In this document: one piece after another, positions 1-13,420 of the stretch
Layout of the letters: every line of letters begins with the position of its first letter
Numbering within the stretch: the stretch's first letter is position 1
Origin: Podarcis liolepis
Taxonomy: Eukaryota
Assembly (NCBI GenBank): GCA_965112155.1
Contig: OZ218100.1
Strand: one strand, 5' to 3'
DNA length: 64,000 nucleotides
The notes under the pieces: model-generated
Database searches by the model: none
Told to the model about the DNA's origin: nothing
Seen by the model: only the letters and a program-made list of their open reading frames with translations
Made by a program: the position numbers and the translations under genes

Positions 1-130
1 TGACAAAGCTGCTCTGGCGAGCCGGCACCAGCGCAGCACATGGAAACGCCGTTTACCTTCCCGCTATAAAGCGGTACCTATTTATCTACTTGCACTTAGG
101 GGTGCTTTCGAACTGCTAGGTGGGCAGGAG
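1..130 (-). mobile_element. Sauria SINE fragment (cut by window start, lacks tRNA-derived head)
   Basis: GGAAACGCCGTTTACCTTCCCG...GCGGTACCTATTTATCTACTTGCACT...GCTTTCGAACTGCTAGG is the reverse complement of the core of the copy at 25574-25918. Confidence 0.85.
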
Positions 131-865
131 ATATAGTGCCTCTAAATTGGCCAATGTTTCAATTGTCTTAGCCAATAGGCTTTAACTTAGTTTTCCTTAA
201 TGTAGTTGTCTAATTCTCTATCTATGCACTATCTATAGTGACCACCATAACATCCTGTGGCAATGAGTTTCATAAACTATGTGTGTGATTTGCATGAAGA
301 AGTACTTTGTTTTGTCCTCTTTAAACATATTGTCAACAGTTCATTGGATAACCTGCCCTCAAGCTCCAGCATTTGTTTCCTATTAATTGCATTACTGTTC
401 AGTTATAAACAGTATCCAGTGGTTTAAGTTGAAGCAGACATAGTTCAGAAACTTTCAGTTTAAGGAATCATTAATAGAGTTTTACATTCTGTCCATTGGT
501 ATCCCTATCATCATTAATTTCTCTGCCATTGGCCTTTACTATCTGAAAATAACAGCTAGATATAGATGAAACGAGGCATAAAAGAAAAGACTGTACACAT
601 TTCCTCATATTTTGGGCATTCAACATTTGGGCATGTTCATATGCATGCAAGATTGGACTCTATTTCCTTTAATCCTGATTTAATATGTCAGCTCTTGCTT
701 CTCTGCTAATATAGCTCTGAGTTATAATGCTCTTGTCCTCTTCCTAAGTTTCCTTCACCTTCTAGTTTAATGGTTCACCAACTGTATAAAAAATAGAAAT
801 GATGAGCAAAAATTGGATACATTTTATGCACAATAGCTTCATTATTTAATTTTGCCCCTGTACAG

Positions 866-925
866 GACAACAGCAGAAGTCTTCTGTCATATATCGTCTC
901 ATATTATTTGCGTAATTTTGATGAG
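866..925 (+). CDS. FMN2: Formin-2 internal coding exon (DNSRSLLSYIVSYYLRNFDE), FH2 domain
   Basis: tacag|GAC...GAG|gtagg, 60 nt, phase 0-0; peptide matches vertebrate FMN2 as I recall it. Confidence 0.95.
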
Positions 926-1554
926 GTAGGTATAAATTTCTCCATTTTAACTTTTTTTGCTTTGGTTTTCTTGCTTCTGTCACTGAAGCTTAATTCATTG
1001 TCTTCTAGTGGTTTAAGTGTGACAGTATGCTCTGCATATAGCTTTGATTGACCATTATCTACTAGGAATGTGGATATGTTTTCGAGGTGAAATGTTGTTG
1101 CTGTTGTTATGGTTATTAGATTAGATTTCTAGCCCGCTCTTCACCCTAAGGTCCCAGAGTGGGTTACAAAAGTATAAAAATACAATAAGCAAACTAACAT
1201 GTTTTTTTTTTTAAAGAAAAACTACCAGAAGGGTAGATTGAAGCTTACCCCTCAGTGGCGTCAGAGACATCTGCCAAAACAATCCATTCAAGATTGTACA
1301 TGCCATCTACAACAAAAGCTAATACTTCACAATCATGCATAAAAAATTGCATACACCGAAATTAGAATTGGAAATTGCAATCTCATGTTACCCTGGCATA
1401 TCCATATTTTTGAGAAGGCAATGGTACTAGCTCAGGCCTCCTTCCCTGAGAAATTGTGTACATCATTTTTGCAGAAATGAATCTGGAAATAAATTTCAGG
1501 TCATATTACTACTGGGCTTAATGGGCACAGGGAGCTTCGGTTTATCTTTCAGAG

Positions 1555-1668
1555 CAGGGATGAGAAAGCTGTCTCTTTCCTCTCTTCAGAGGTTGTTAGC
1601 CCAATGGTCAGGTATGATGGCAGTTGTAGTCCAACAACATCTCGATGGCTACAGGTTTCCAGTCCCTG
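1555..1668. mobile_element. hAT-type palindromic MITE
   Basis: CAGGGA...TCCCTG termini; internal GATGGCAGTTGTAGTCCAACAACATC shared with other copies in this window. Confidence 0.6.
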
Positions 1669-1999
1669 TTCTTGTGTAACTATGCCCTGATCTCCATCTG
1701 CTTTACGGCTGGAAAAATACAGCTATCCCACTCATCTTGAGGCTCCGGCCACTCTACTCTACTCTTTACCGTTTTAAATATAGTTGGAGACTAGTTCATC
1801 TTTTCCACGAGCACACAATGAGCTACCAAGTGATATTGCCTATTTGCTTGTTGGATTCCATTTATCTGGTATTAACAAGCCTGTACCTTGACTACTTAGA
1901 TACTATATTTGCTTTAATAAGTAGGTGTTAAAAGTTGAGCTCATATCTCAGTTGCAAATATTTTAATATTTTAATTTTATTTATTTTATGCTTTGTCAG

Positions 2000-2120
2000 G
2001 ATGCTGGAAAAGAACAGTGCATCTTCCCTCTTCCAGAGCCACAGGACCTTTTTCAAGCTACTCAGTTAAAATTTGAAGAGTTTCAGAAGGATCTCCGCAA
2101 ACTTAAAAAAGACTTGCGAG
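2000..2120 (+). CDS. FMN2: Formin-2 exon ([40 protein letters not shown])
   Basis: tgtcag|GAT...CGAG|gtacgt, 121 nt, phase 0-1; FH2 sequence typical of FMN2. Confidence 0.96.
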
Positions 2121-2759
2121 GTACGTGTTTGCAGTCCCTTTTGAGAAACATTTAGAAGATTTCTCTCTGTGTATCTAAAGTTTGAAAGATATGATGCCCA
2201 TAAAGCCAAATGTATGTCACAGATATGAATAAAAGCCTTCAAGTGCATGTTATCAGCAATTGATTTCACAACTAAGCTTCTACAGAAGAGAAAACAGTTA
2301 TTCTACATAAGCCTTTAAAATTGCACTTCTCATATTTAGAGCTTTTCAAAAATAACTTATGCGGTTTGTCTTGAGAAGGTGAATGGGCTGTGAGGGAAGT
2401 CATCATTTGGAATTTCTGACATATCACTTAGAAAATCTGAAATAACTTGCACGGAAAGCATGGCACAATATTTAAGAACACAGAGCTTAATATATAAATT
2501 GTTAAAAGTGCCAGAGTATTCTTGATGGGCTATTTAGGCTGCAGTCCTGGAAATAAGTTCTGCTGCACACAGTGGAGCTAATTTATGAGTTGACATGTAT
2601 AGGATTGTTCTGTTAATCTAGCTCTCCAAAGCAGCAGGATGGTCTTAAACCACGACATATATTCAACAAGACAGATGTTTATTTAACCATAGACAGTTGC
2701 TAATATTCTTGTCTTGGTAGCTGAACATGTCGTTACAAGATGAATCTGATTTTGTAGAT

Positions 2760-2960
2760 ATATTTCAGACAGGTTTCAGACCCGGTTTGGAACTGAAACT
2801 GCCTTTGTTGTTCTCTTGGAATTCTTAGCGGCTTTTGATACCAATGACCATGGTATCTGTCTGAGATGGCTGTTGGAGATAATGCTTTGAAATGGTTCTG
2901 CTTTTCCAATTCCAGAAGCTGGTGTTGGATCCTTTGGGAAATGTTCTTCAGAGTCCCACA
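2760..2960 (+). mobile_element. Degraded L2-clade LINE reverse-transcriptase fragment
   Basis: Reads FQTGFRPGLELKL / AAFDTNDHGI, resembling the FQSGFRP..TETAL / LSAAFDT.DH RT motifs. Confidence 0.6.
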
Positions 2961-4559
2961 ATTAAAAATCCTGGTGGATTTTTATTTTAAGTGTTCAGTA
3001 AGCACTGAAAGTTCAGGAGGGATAGGGGGCTGTCTGACCTCAATTGGAAGGGAGTTCCAGAAAATTGGACCCACAATGCTGAAGGCACAGCTCCTTGTGG
3101 ATACAAGCCAAGTATCTGAGCCATGGGGACCGCTAATAGAGGCTCCCCTGAAGTACACAGTGATTGAGCAGGGCTATAAGGCATCAGATACCCTGGACCT
3201 TGTATTAAGGACCTTGTAAATTAAGACTATTAAGAGTCTTGAAGCTGCCCCTGTAGCATGTGGGCAGCCAGTGCAAGCTTTGGAGCACAAGTAGTGTCTG
3301 TCCCCAACAAGCCTCGCCGCAGCATTTCACATCAGCTGGAGCCTTGGGATGAGGCCCAAGAGTCACCCCACCTTGCAATAATCAAGTTCTGAGATTGCCA
3401 TTATTAATGGAGAATTCCCATGCTTCTCAGTTGTACAAGCCAATCTGAAACCATACAACATCTCTCAGTTGCTTCTGGCTTAATATAATGCTGGTCCTGC
3501 ACATGACAGTCAAGCAATGTCATTCTAAATGGAGACTGGTGATTAAGGCTGCAAGATAAAGCTCTTAAGAGTCACAAGCAGTTGGAAAAACATGACATGA
3601 GTTTCTTCTCACATGAGGAAACAATTTTCTGAGGTTTTCAAAGCAGCAAATTTAGCATGGCATTAAAGCTAGTGCAATTTGACTTGACGAAAAGAATCCT
3701 TTTAATGGCTTTAGCTGAATTTATCGATGGCTTTTGCAAGTTTTATAAACCATTGGATGCTCATCGTAATAGCAGAATACTCTTTTTGTAGAGAGGGAGG
3801 GTTCCAAATAACTTCTAAACTAAACAGATATGTACTCTTACTCCCCATTCCGCACCATATATCTCTTTCTTACTTGCACAAACACAGATTCCTTGCATGT
3901 ACATAGAGGCTCAAGCATACTCTTATTTTCCTCATGCATACTGTCATATATGCTCCTTGCCATCAGTTTTCTTTCTTTATGGCCCTTCCTCCTGTGACAG
4001 CATAGGACAGTGAACAACACAGAAGAATAATCAAGCAATAATTAAAAACATCTAAAAATACATCTCTAAAAGAAAGAAACAAAAAAATTCAAAAACAATG
4101 CCAGCTTCTGAAATTTTGGTTGCGATTCATATCTGAAAAGTCTGACTAAACAAATATGTCTTCAGTTTGTGTCTAAACGTCATCAGTATGAGGGGCAGAG
4201 GCATCTTCTTGGGGAAGGTGTTCCATAGATGGGGCACTGCCATGGAGAAGGCCTTGTCACATGTTGTCTCCCCTGAGCTAGTAAAACACATTCAGAGGCC
4301 TGGATCCTACCTAGCCCTACACAAATGGAAGAATCCTTCCATTCATGAAGGGAACTGGGATCGAGCAGGGGCTCCTGCTCAAGTTCATGGATGAAGCAGC
4401 ATTTTTTGCCCGTCTCCCCTTTCCCTGCAGCTACCTACATGCCTCTCATTCTGCTCCAGAAATTCATCCAACCTTCTGGAACAGATTTTCAAGGGGCAGA
4501 GGGGGAAGGATAGATCAGTGAAGCCCTCCACTTCCCTTCTGCTTGTAGTCAGAGGCATT

Positions 4560-4906
4560 GTTGTTGTTTAGTTGTTTAGTCATGTCCGACTCTTCGTTAC
4601 CCCATGGACCAGAGCACGCCAGGCACTCCTGTCTTCCACTGCCTCCCGCAGTTTGGTCAAACTCATGCTGGTAGCTTCAAGAACACTATCCAACCATCTC
4701 GTCCTCTGTCATCCCCTTCTCCTTGTGCCCTCCATCTTTCCCAACATCAGGGTCTTTTCCAGGAAGTCTTCTCTTCTCATGAGGTGGCCAAAGTATTGGA
4801 GTCTCAGCTTCAGGATCTGTCCTTCCAATGAGCACTCAGGGGCGATTTCCTTCAGAATGGATAGGTTTGATCTTTTTGCAGTCCATGGGACTCTCAAGAG
4901 TCTAAT
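4560..4906 (-). mobile_element. 5'-truncated Bov-B (RTE) LINE
   Basis: Encodes LKLRLQYFGHLMRRED.LEKTLMLGKMEGTRRRG; (CAA)n-type tail; 12-bp TSD GTCAGAGGCATT at 4548-4559 and 4907-4918. Confidence 0.92.
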
Positions 4907-5185
4907 GTCAGAGGCATTATGCATCTGAATACTAGTTGCTGGGAATGACAATTGAGGAGAGTACTGTGGCACTCCAGTCCTGCTTGCAGGCTTCCCATAG
5001 GCATCTGGCTGGCCATCGTGAGAACATCTTGACAACCTGCTTTCCCCAGGGAGGCTCACCGAGCACCTACGTTACGCATCTTTAGGCACCAAGCAAAGCA
5101 TTCCTCTTCTCCCAGGCCTTTAGCTAATTAAATGCTGGGCTAGATGGGCCTTTGGCTTGATCCAGAAGGGCTCCTCTTATGTTCA
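4907..5185 (+). mobile_element. Old CR1-like LINE 3' end
   Basis: GCTTCCCATAGGCATCTGGCTGGCC...GCTAGATGGGCCTTTGGCTTGATCCAG...CTCTTATGTTC; antisense relative at ~10030-10340. Confidence 0.55.
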
Positions 5186-6923
5186 TTTGTATATCCTGTG
5201 AATGAAAACCCTGCCCACCTGATGATCCTGACAGTGGAAGTTGGGTTAAGATGTAAGCCATAAGCTTTATCCTAGCTCCAGACACTTATCCAGCACCTTT
5301 TAGTTCCTGAGTTGTGGGCAAATCCATGCTGAGACCGACAGGAAATTTCTTCAACTGTGTCCATACCACTTCTGTGTCTTGTATCCCGCGTTTAGTAGTA
5401 GAAAGCTTAACTTGTTTGGTAAGGCTTGCAGAGGGAGGACAATGACAAGACCAAAAATAAGATAAGGACAAGTTCATAGGGTCCATGGAAGAGCCAGCAC
5501 TGAACCAGTCTGAGGGTCATCTATCTGCTCAAATTCTAAATCAAACTTTTCATTGAGACTTAAGTATAAAACTGTTGGTTTGTACCTCTCTCTCCACAAC
5601 TGAGAAAATAAGAATGACTATATTAATGAGCAAAGTTGGTGCACAAAATAATTTCCAAAGTGGTATACCTGCACCGCTTATTCCCCAGTAATTGCTGGGT
5701 GTAAAGTGCATTTGTCTCTGCCCTTCCAAATCTAATCATGCAATGGGATTGCTATTTCCTCTGAAATTCCTACCTATATTTTGAAAGTTGTGCTACATAA
5801 AAATGGAGCAACAGCTAGCTTGCGTGGCTACATCTGACTGTCTCAGCGTATTAGCAATCTGTGGGAAATCAGGCTAACTTAAAACTATTTTTATAATAAT
5901 GTAAAATGTTTTCTTTATGGTGTGTAATCAGAATGATAAGCTTGGGTGCACATGTGCTTAAAAGGGAAAATTTTGTGGGGATAGATTGTTTTTATATATG
6001 TTTTCAGGATGATTGCACAGGTTCCTTCTTTTTATTTTCCCTGTTTGTTTTATGAGCAGTACTGTGCACTGGAGACTGCTAATACTGGCGTGAGGGGGAA
6101 CTTCAGAGGTATTATGTAAAGAAGGTGCAATTTTAGACGTTCAAAAGAGCATATTGGGGTATTTCTTCTATTTTAGAGCACGAATTTCATGTCCAGTTTT
6201 CATAACTATTTATGTAACATTTCACTAATCATTCTGTTCAGCTGCCCCCAATTTCTTCTGCCCTTGTTTTAAAGCATTATGTGGCTGGACATTAATCTGT
6301 TATGTACCAGACACTCTAATAAACAAAGGACCCGAGACAGCTTGGGATTTTATTAATATATCTACTGGTTCGGCTCCATCAATTGCTCCCCGATTTCACA
6401 GCTCTCCAGGATTCTCAGTTTAGCCTTTCTCAGTTCAGTGACATATAGTTTGTTAAGCAACCTGATCTGCTTTTGATCTCTCCGGGCTGTCAGCAGACCT
6501 CCTAGATGCAGTCATGTCGAGTAATAACTTTCAGTAACTCTGTCATTCCACACTTGAAATTTTAGCACTTGCTACAATACTTAAATCAACTTGCTTTGTT
6601 AAAGAGAAAGGCTGCTACTGCATTGGAATGATACAGGAGAATTTTAAGTTTAGGACTTTGTGTCAACTCCTGCAGGGTTCCCCCCCCCCCCTGCATCTTA
6701 GCATTTGTTGAAAATATTGCTGAAATGAGTATATTTTCAAGTCCCAGTATTTTTGGCTCCAGTTCCACTACTTTCAATCACATCTGAAGTTTGGTTCTGT
6801 CGTTGGAAAAAAGTATATTTAGGCACATTGGAAGATGTTCCATTGCAAACTATTTCTTTCTTTTTTTTTAAAGGCTCCAAAATTGATTAGGAGCATAATC
6901 AATGAGCATAGATAAAACTAGAT

Positions 6924-7134
6924 CAGGGATTTCCAATGTGGTGTGTGGGGGCTCATAGGCACCAACAGGTGCTTTCCTGGTGCTCACATGTACTCCTGTT
7001 CCACCCCCACTCAAAGTAGGCTTGAAAGAAACATTTTATTATAGCCAATAGGTTGTGGGGGGGGGTGTTGCTCACAATAGGTTCTCTGGTTTGCTGTTGT
7101 TCCCACACAGACCCAAAAATGTTGCTGATCCCTG
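6924..7134. mobile_element. hAT-type non-autonomous element
   Basis: CAGGGAT...ATCCCTG termini, degenerate 8-bp TSD AACTAGAT/GACTAAAT. Confidence 0.5.
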
Positions 7135-10029
7135 GACTAAATTATGACTAGTCATTTGGATATATTAATGTATGACATAATTGCAGCTCAGCACTGCCAC
7201 AGTTCAACAATTGAAACCCCACCTGCAACAGGGGGCGTAACATTTTCAGCTACTGGGTGCTCAGATTTCTTGAGTGTTCGTGGAGGTGGGATAGGCCACA
7301 GAGGGATATCATCCTCTTTCCAGAAACACGGATTTGCTATCTTAACAAGTTCACAGGGATGTGGATCTTGCTTAGTAAAAAGAAGACTTTGGGTGACGTT
7401 ACTGCAAACACATCGCACTGATTGTGTGAATTGGTCCAGTATACACTCGGTAGATGCAGTTTACAATGAAAAATTAAGTTCACCAGTTGTGCATTGAAGA
7501 TGCTGGATTGAAATGTAAGCAAAGACTCTTCTATAAAGGAATGGCTTTCCTTCTCTACGTCTCCATCTGCCCCCTTCATGTTCATGCAGAAATCTGTGCA
7601 CTAGACTCAATTAAAAGACAGTAAAGGTAATCCTGACACCGTCAGACACTTAAACATGCTTATGTTTCTCTCAACTGTACCCATTTTGTAGTGGTTTACA
7701 ATTTTGGTATAACCTCCATAGACATATCACTTTTGCATTATGCTATGTACTTTTCATTGTTTTTCTAAGTGTTTTTCATTCTTCTAGAAATGACTTCAGT
7801 CCTGTAATAGCTGAATTTTGTATGCGTTTTAAGGAGGGAAAGTCATTTTCATAGAGTGGTGTGTCAGATAAACTTCAGAAATACAAAACAATCTTTCTAG
7901 ATCTGACCAGTTGCATTCTGGCTCACCCAGAGCGGATCCAGGTCAGCAGTTCCTATAGAGGTTGATGCAGACTTCTTGTCAGGAGCCCTCCTGCTGCTGC
8001 TTTTCGTGTCATGCTGAGTCCATGTCACTTTGACATGGGCTGCAGGCATGTAAGAGTACTTTAAGGCTATGGTCCTGAAGGCTAATGAACTACAACCCAC
8101 ATACACTGCTAATATTGACATAATTCATTTCAAGGTAATAGGACTACTCAACTCAACAGTGGTTTTCATGACCGCTGCTTAAAAACCTCTTAGGATTTCC
8201 ACGTAAACATTGCTGTGGCAAGCTAATCATTAGTGCTGCACCCACATACTTCAGTAGCCTGTGCAAACATTGCTGAAAGGGTTAATTGACTGAAACATCA
8301 CTGCATGCAGACTCCTAAACCTAAACCATATGTAAAATAAAGCCAGGATTTCAGTCAATCTGTGAGTCATGTTTTACTGTCCTTAAAACTCCAAACAAGG
8401 AGCTGTCTGTAGAGGCTTTTGAAGCTTCAACAGTCCTTAGCATAAGTCCTAACAATACCCAAAAAAATAAATAAAAGAAAATTGAGAGGTCTTTCTCTTC
8501 TCATGGAAAAGTGTGCAATTCAGATAAACCTGGCTTCGTTTCCCTGCATTAAATCTGAACTCCCTTTAAAGTTACCGACTTCAAGCATTTCTATATGACT
8601 CTATGGTACTCAGATAAGATGGCGTTTCTCTTTCCAGGAATATGTAAGATCTATATCCCTAATATATTTCTGAAAATAAATTTGGGGAAACTTTTCAAAG
8701 TACCCAAATAAGAAGTACTCTCCATTTTTCTCTCTGTCTAACCAAAAGGGCAGATTCTTAAAATGTGAGGAAATTTGGATGTCTTTTTGTAGACTTATAC
8801 CCAGATGAATGACATCTGACAGATTATGAATTATGGCATGCACCCCTCAACCTACAAAATTAAGCTGAAATAAGACTATATGCCATGAATATCAAATCAG
8901 AAATTTTCCTTTGATCATATGTTTGTTCAGCTCTTGTCTTTTGACTGATTCACAAATAGCACAATTGTATGCATATTTCGTTTGAAATAAGCCTCCATAA
9001 ATTCAGTGGATCTTACTCCCTAGTAAGTGGGTTTAAGACTGGAGGCAAATTAATACCTTGCAGTTTTTTCTCATTGGATGAATGTGGATTTTCACAGAAT
9101 CCAAGACTGCATTTAAAATATCAACATCTTGGCAAATTAGCCGATATTCTTCCTGTGCTGACAGTGGTCCCAGGTATCATGGAATGTTGCTTAACCATCA
9201 TTCAGTGCTGTGTGCATTGGCTAGAAACAATACAGATTATATCTATATGCTGATCATTTTATTATGGTTAAGTGTTTTTAAAGTCTGTTGATTTTATTGG
9301 CGTTTTCTTATAAATATTTCAGTCTTGTGGAAATAACTTATTTTTTTAATGTGGTCTATAATTTTGTTAATTAAAATAAAATGAATGTAACACTGCATCT
9401 GATTGCCTTCTTCCATAAATTGTAGTAGAGCATTGTTTTCTGAAACCTGATAGTGAAACATAGGCTCAGTTCACAGGCAATGCTAAACCGTGGTTTAGCG
9501 GAATTGAGCCTGAGCAAACCACTGACTCGTAGTTCCCCATCCTTTCTCATCCCATGTGGCTGGGAGAAGCATTTGGTAGCATTTACCTTCAAGTTCATAG
9601 CTTAATGTTATATATGAACCAGAGATTGTGGTTTAAATTAAAAGTCTGGTAACTCTCTAAGCAAGCTAGTAACCCACTTAACCTTATGATAAATATGTGC
9701 TTATTACTTCTTACACATAAAGAATTGTGTCTGGAGTGATGGTGGATAGAAGGCTGCCTGGGTTTTGTTTTCCCTGCTGGTGGCAGCTATTCACACTGGT
9801 TTGCTGTAGGGGAGGATACAGGTTTGAGGTAAGGATAAGCTGCAGATGACCTAAACTTCAAAGCAGTCATGAAATGTGATTATTTGCTAGGAGCCACCAG
9901 CTGAGAATAACCAAAACATATATGTTAGCTTCTTGAAACATTTGGAATATATTTGCATGATTCTTTTCTGGGATCTGCAAGGCCTTCTTGAGCATTTTGA
10001 AGAGGATGAAAACTAATCTTCTTTATGAA

Positions 10030-10340
10030 TGTAAGAATAGCCTTCTGGATAAGACCAAATGCCCTCTAGACCAGCATTCTGTTCCCACAGTGGACAACTG
10101 TAGGAAGCCCACAAGGAGGAAATGAACTAAGGAATCTTTCCCTGCTCATGACTGCAGGCAATTGCTGTTCAGAAGCATACTGTTCTGATAGTGCATGGGC
10201 TATCATAACTACCAGCTATTGATAGCCTTACTAATCATGAATTTGTCAAATCTTATACACTTCTATCACACACCCCACCCACTTATCTTTTTCTTCTAAA
10301 TTAAAAATCCCCAAATGTTGTAAGCTTTCCTTAAAGAGGA
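10030..10340 (-). mobile_element. Old CR1-like LINE 3' end
   Basis: AAGAATAGCCTTCTGGATAAGACCAAATGCCCTCTAGACCAGCATTCTGTTCCCACAGTGG; related to 4907-5185. Confidence 0.55.
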
Positions 10341-11305
10341 GTTATTCCAGCTCTTAGTCATTTGGAGAAGATATAGAGTATCCTTTATCATGACTATGCC
10401 ATAGCTGCCACAAAAAATAAGCACATAAAGCATTTTGGTTTTGCCTGAAGACACAACAAAAGTCAGAGACCACATAGTCTATCAAATGAAGTTTATATTG
10501 CACTGCAGCTCTTGCACTTGCTGTGAAATTGACCTAGCATTGCATTTGTTTAGGCACTGAGCCTATGAACACTTAAGTATATTTTTAACTTTGTAAGCAT
10601 GAATGGTTTCATTGAGGTCAATAGAATTCACATGGTAGTACAGTTAAGCATGTTTACAAGTGTGTGTGATCTGAGCCTTGGTAGATTACTGTAGCTGAGT
10701 AGTCAATTCCACAAAGTTTAGAAATATGGTTTACTTTGCATATGTGTATATATTTTATGAGCCTACCTCTCTGAGACAGATGTAAGTTTTGTTTTTAAGT
10801 TTCCTACCAGGCAGTAAATGTTGGTTAAACGTTTATTTTTTTAAGTACAATTATTCACATTTCTTACAGTCTTGTCCACAGATACCAAACCTAGGCCCCA
10901 GGAATCTGAATAGACTATGGTCATTGGGTTGCATCCAGTGGTAGTGGTACTGTATGGAATGTAGTGCTGAAACAGTATGGAATGTAGAATGGAGGCAGGA
11001 GGATTGGTGAAAATTACGATGGCTTATATTGACATGTAGGTGAATCAGCGTGGCATAGCTTTGTCTCTCTCTCTCCATCCATGCCATGTTCCTGAGAGTT
11101 CCTATTCATAGTAAAATGGCATTGACTGTGCCAATCCAAAACGGGTCTGACACTATTTCAGTTGAATTTGCATGTGATTGCAAAACAGTCATAAAAGCTT
11201 GCTGGAGCCAACAGTTCATGGGATCAGATGTAAGTGCCAATACTGGGACTTAGGTCTGTTTGTAATGAATCTCATTCTAATGCAGTGTGTTACTTCAATT
11301 TTCAG

Positions 11306-11398
11306 GATGTGAGACAGAAGCGGGCAAAGTTTGCCAGTTTTCATTAGAAGAACACATCCAGCCTTTTAAAGACAGCATGGAGAAATTCATTAGTCAAG
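11306..11398 (+). CDS. FMN2: Formin-2 exon ([31 protein letters not shown])
   Basis: tttcag|GA...CAAG|gtaaat, 93 nt, phase 1-1, in frame with neighbours. Confidence 0.95.
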
Positions 11399-12559
11399 GT
11401 AAATAATGAGGTGCCATTGAACCTTTCCAAGATTTATCAAAAGAAGGTTATGGAAACAATGTTTCGACATGGTGAATAAAGAGTCTATTTTGAAACCACA
11501 GATATGTGTAGATTAGCTCAATCAATTGGCATTGCATTTCAGAACACCTCTACCTGTTCTGTGTTCCATTTCTAAATGATAATAGAGGCAGTTTTTGACT
11601 TTTAAATATATATTTCTGATGAGTTCATATTCTGTGTAGGAAACAATTTCCTAACATTTGTTTCTTGACAATTTCATAAAACTGGAAGCTGAAGCTGTGC
11701 TTTGACTTGTCTCCAAATACATGGTGATACTTTTCAAAGTATTAAAAATATGATGTGTTCAGTCTTCTGGTTTATTTCACTTGCAAATTGTCTTTGAAAG
11801 GCCACATGTTTTGAAAACAAAATCTAAGGAATTCTGTAAAATGTTTGGGTCATGTTCACAGAAAATGCCACAAAAGTGGACTTCATAATCCATGGCTTAT
11901 TTCTCACCTCCATTTTAGATTTTTCAGGTTTCCAAGCCAATTGCTGGAGAACTCAGACTGATATTTCCTATAGGACCGAATATGATAGTTATTGTGATTT
12001 TCCTTTCCATTTGGAACTTTCTAATTATTTTTATTTCTAAAGGTTAGAACCTTGTACTTTGGGAATGATGTGAAATACTTTGAAAGAAATGCTGTTGGGC
12101 ATCTTCAGTGGTAGTGTACCATCAGCTAAGAAACAAGAGCTATCAGCACTGTCTCTGAAGCCTCCACAGTCACTTACAGACTCACTGTTAAGACCGTGTT
12201 CATGGAAGACAATCTTACACGGCTATGAGTGATTGCCAAAGATGACTCCAGGGGGAGCCTGTCTCATATGAGTGGCAGGATTTTAAAGCCCCTGAATTCT
12301 TTTCTGGCTCACATTAAAATGTGAATTGGGGAAGGTTCCTAGCTGCTGCTCCCACTACTTGAGAGACTTTTTCCAAGCTCTGGAGAAAAAAACTAAGTTC
12401 TTTCCATAAGGAGTCATATAATTTCCAAATTAATTTGATGGCAGCTTTGAAGAGCTCTCTGATCACCAAAAAAAGAAATAAAAAAAAACCTAGAAAGTTG
12501 ATTAAGGAATAAAGTTAAAAACCATATGGGGGTAGGGTAGCCCAGTCACTGGTAGGGTA

Positions 12560-13420
12560 TCAGACAAAGCTGTTAAAAGCCATTCCTGGGCCAACCTGAG
12601 CTGCCCCAGTTACTACCAAGTTCAAGATTACACCCAAGCTGTGAAGCTGGCTCTTCAGAGGAAGTGCAAGCCCATCTGAGTCTTGAATGAACACCTCCCT
12701 TGAGAGTGGACAATTTCCCAGCTGACAGCACATCTGTCTTATCCAGATGAAGTTTCAGTTGTTCACCTTCATCCAACCTGGTAACCCCTCCTGTCACCAA
12801 TTCAGCAGTCTTCTGAGATGAGCAGATGGAAAAATGAGGATGAGCCAAACTGCTCTTGACTTCTCCCAGTGGTTTCATGTAAAGAATAGGGTAGCAGGCA
12901 GAATAGGACCCTGAGGCACCAATGGCCAAGGAGTGGAGAGGAAATCCACTGAAATTGAAATTGATAATGGTTTTCTATAAGGACTAGAACCATCTTAGCA
13001 CTGTGCCTCCCAGTCTCAACCCAGATGAGTCCTCAGAAGGGCAGTGATATTGAAAGCTGCTGAGAACAATATGGTTACACTCCCCCCCCCCACCCCCAGC
13101 ATCCATTCCCCAGCAGAAGTCATCCTTCAAGATGTCCAAGGCTTTCTCAAAACTGAACCTGACTCCAGACTGGAAAGGATTCAAATAATCATCATCATTC
13201 AACATCATCTGGAGTTGTCTCACTACTACCTCTTTAAGTGCAGCAGGGATGACTCCATCCCTCAACTAGGCCTTCACAACCTATGAGGTCCACAGCTTTG
13301 CAGAAAGGACAAGTATCAGTGGTAGGAATCATCCCTCCAAGCAGTTTGTCCACATCCTCAAGTTGCTTAATACAACTTGTGCTCTCTGATTCTCCCGGGC
13401 AAATGCCTTCTTAGTTGTTT
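12560..13420 (-). mobile_element. Degraded L2-clade LINE ORF2 fragment
   Basis: Broken frames with GVIPAALKEVVV, LNPFQSGVR, GGTVLRWF, QLKLHLDKTDVL. Confidence 0.7.
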
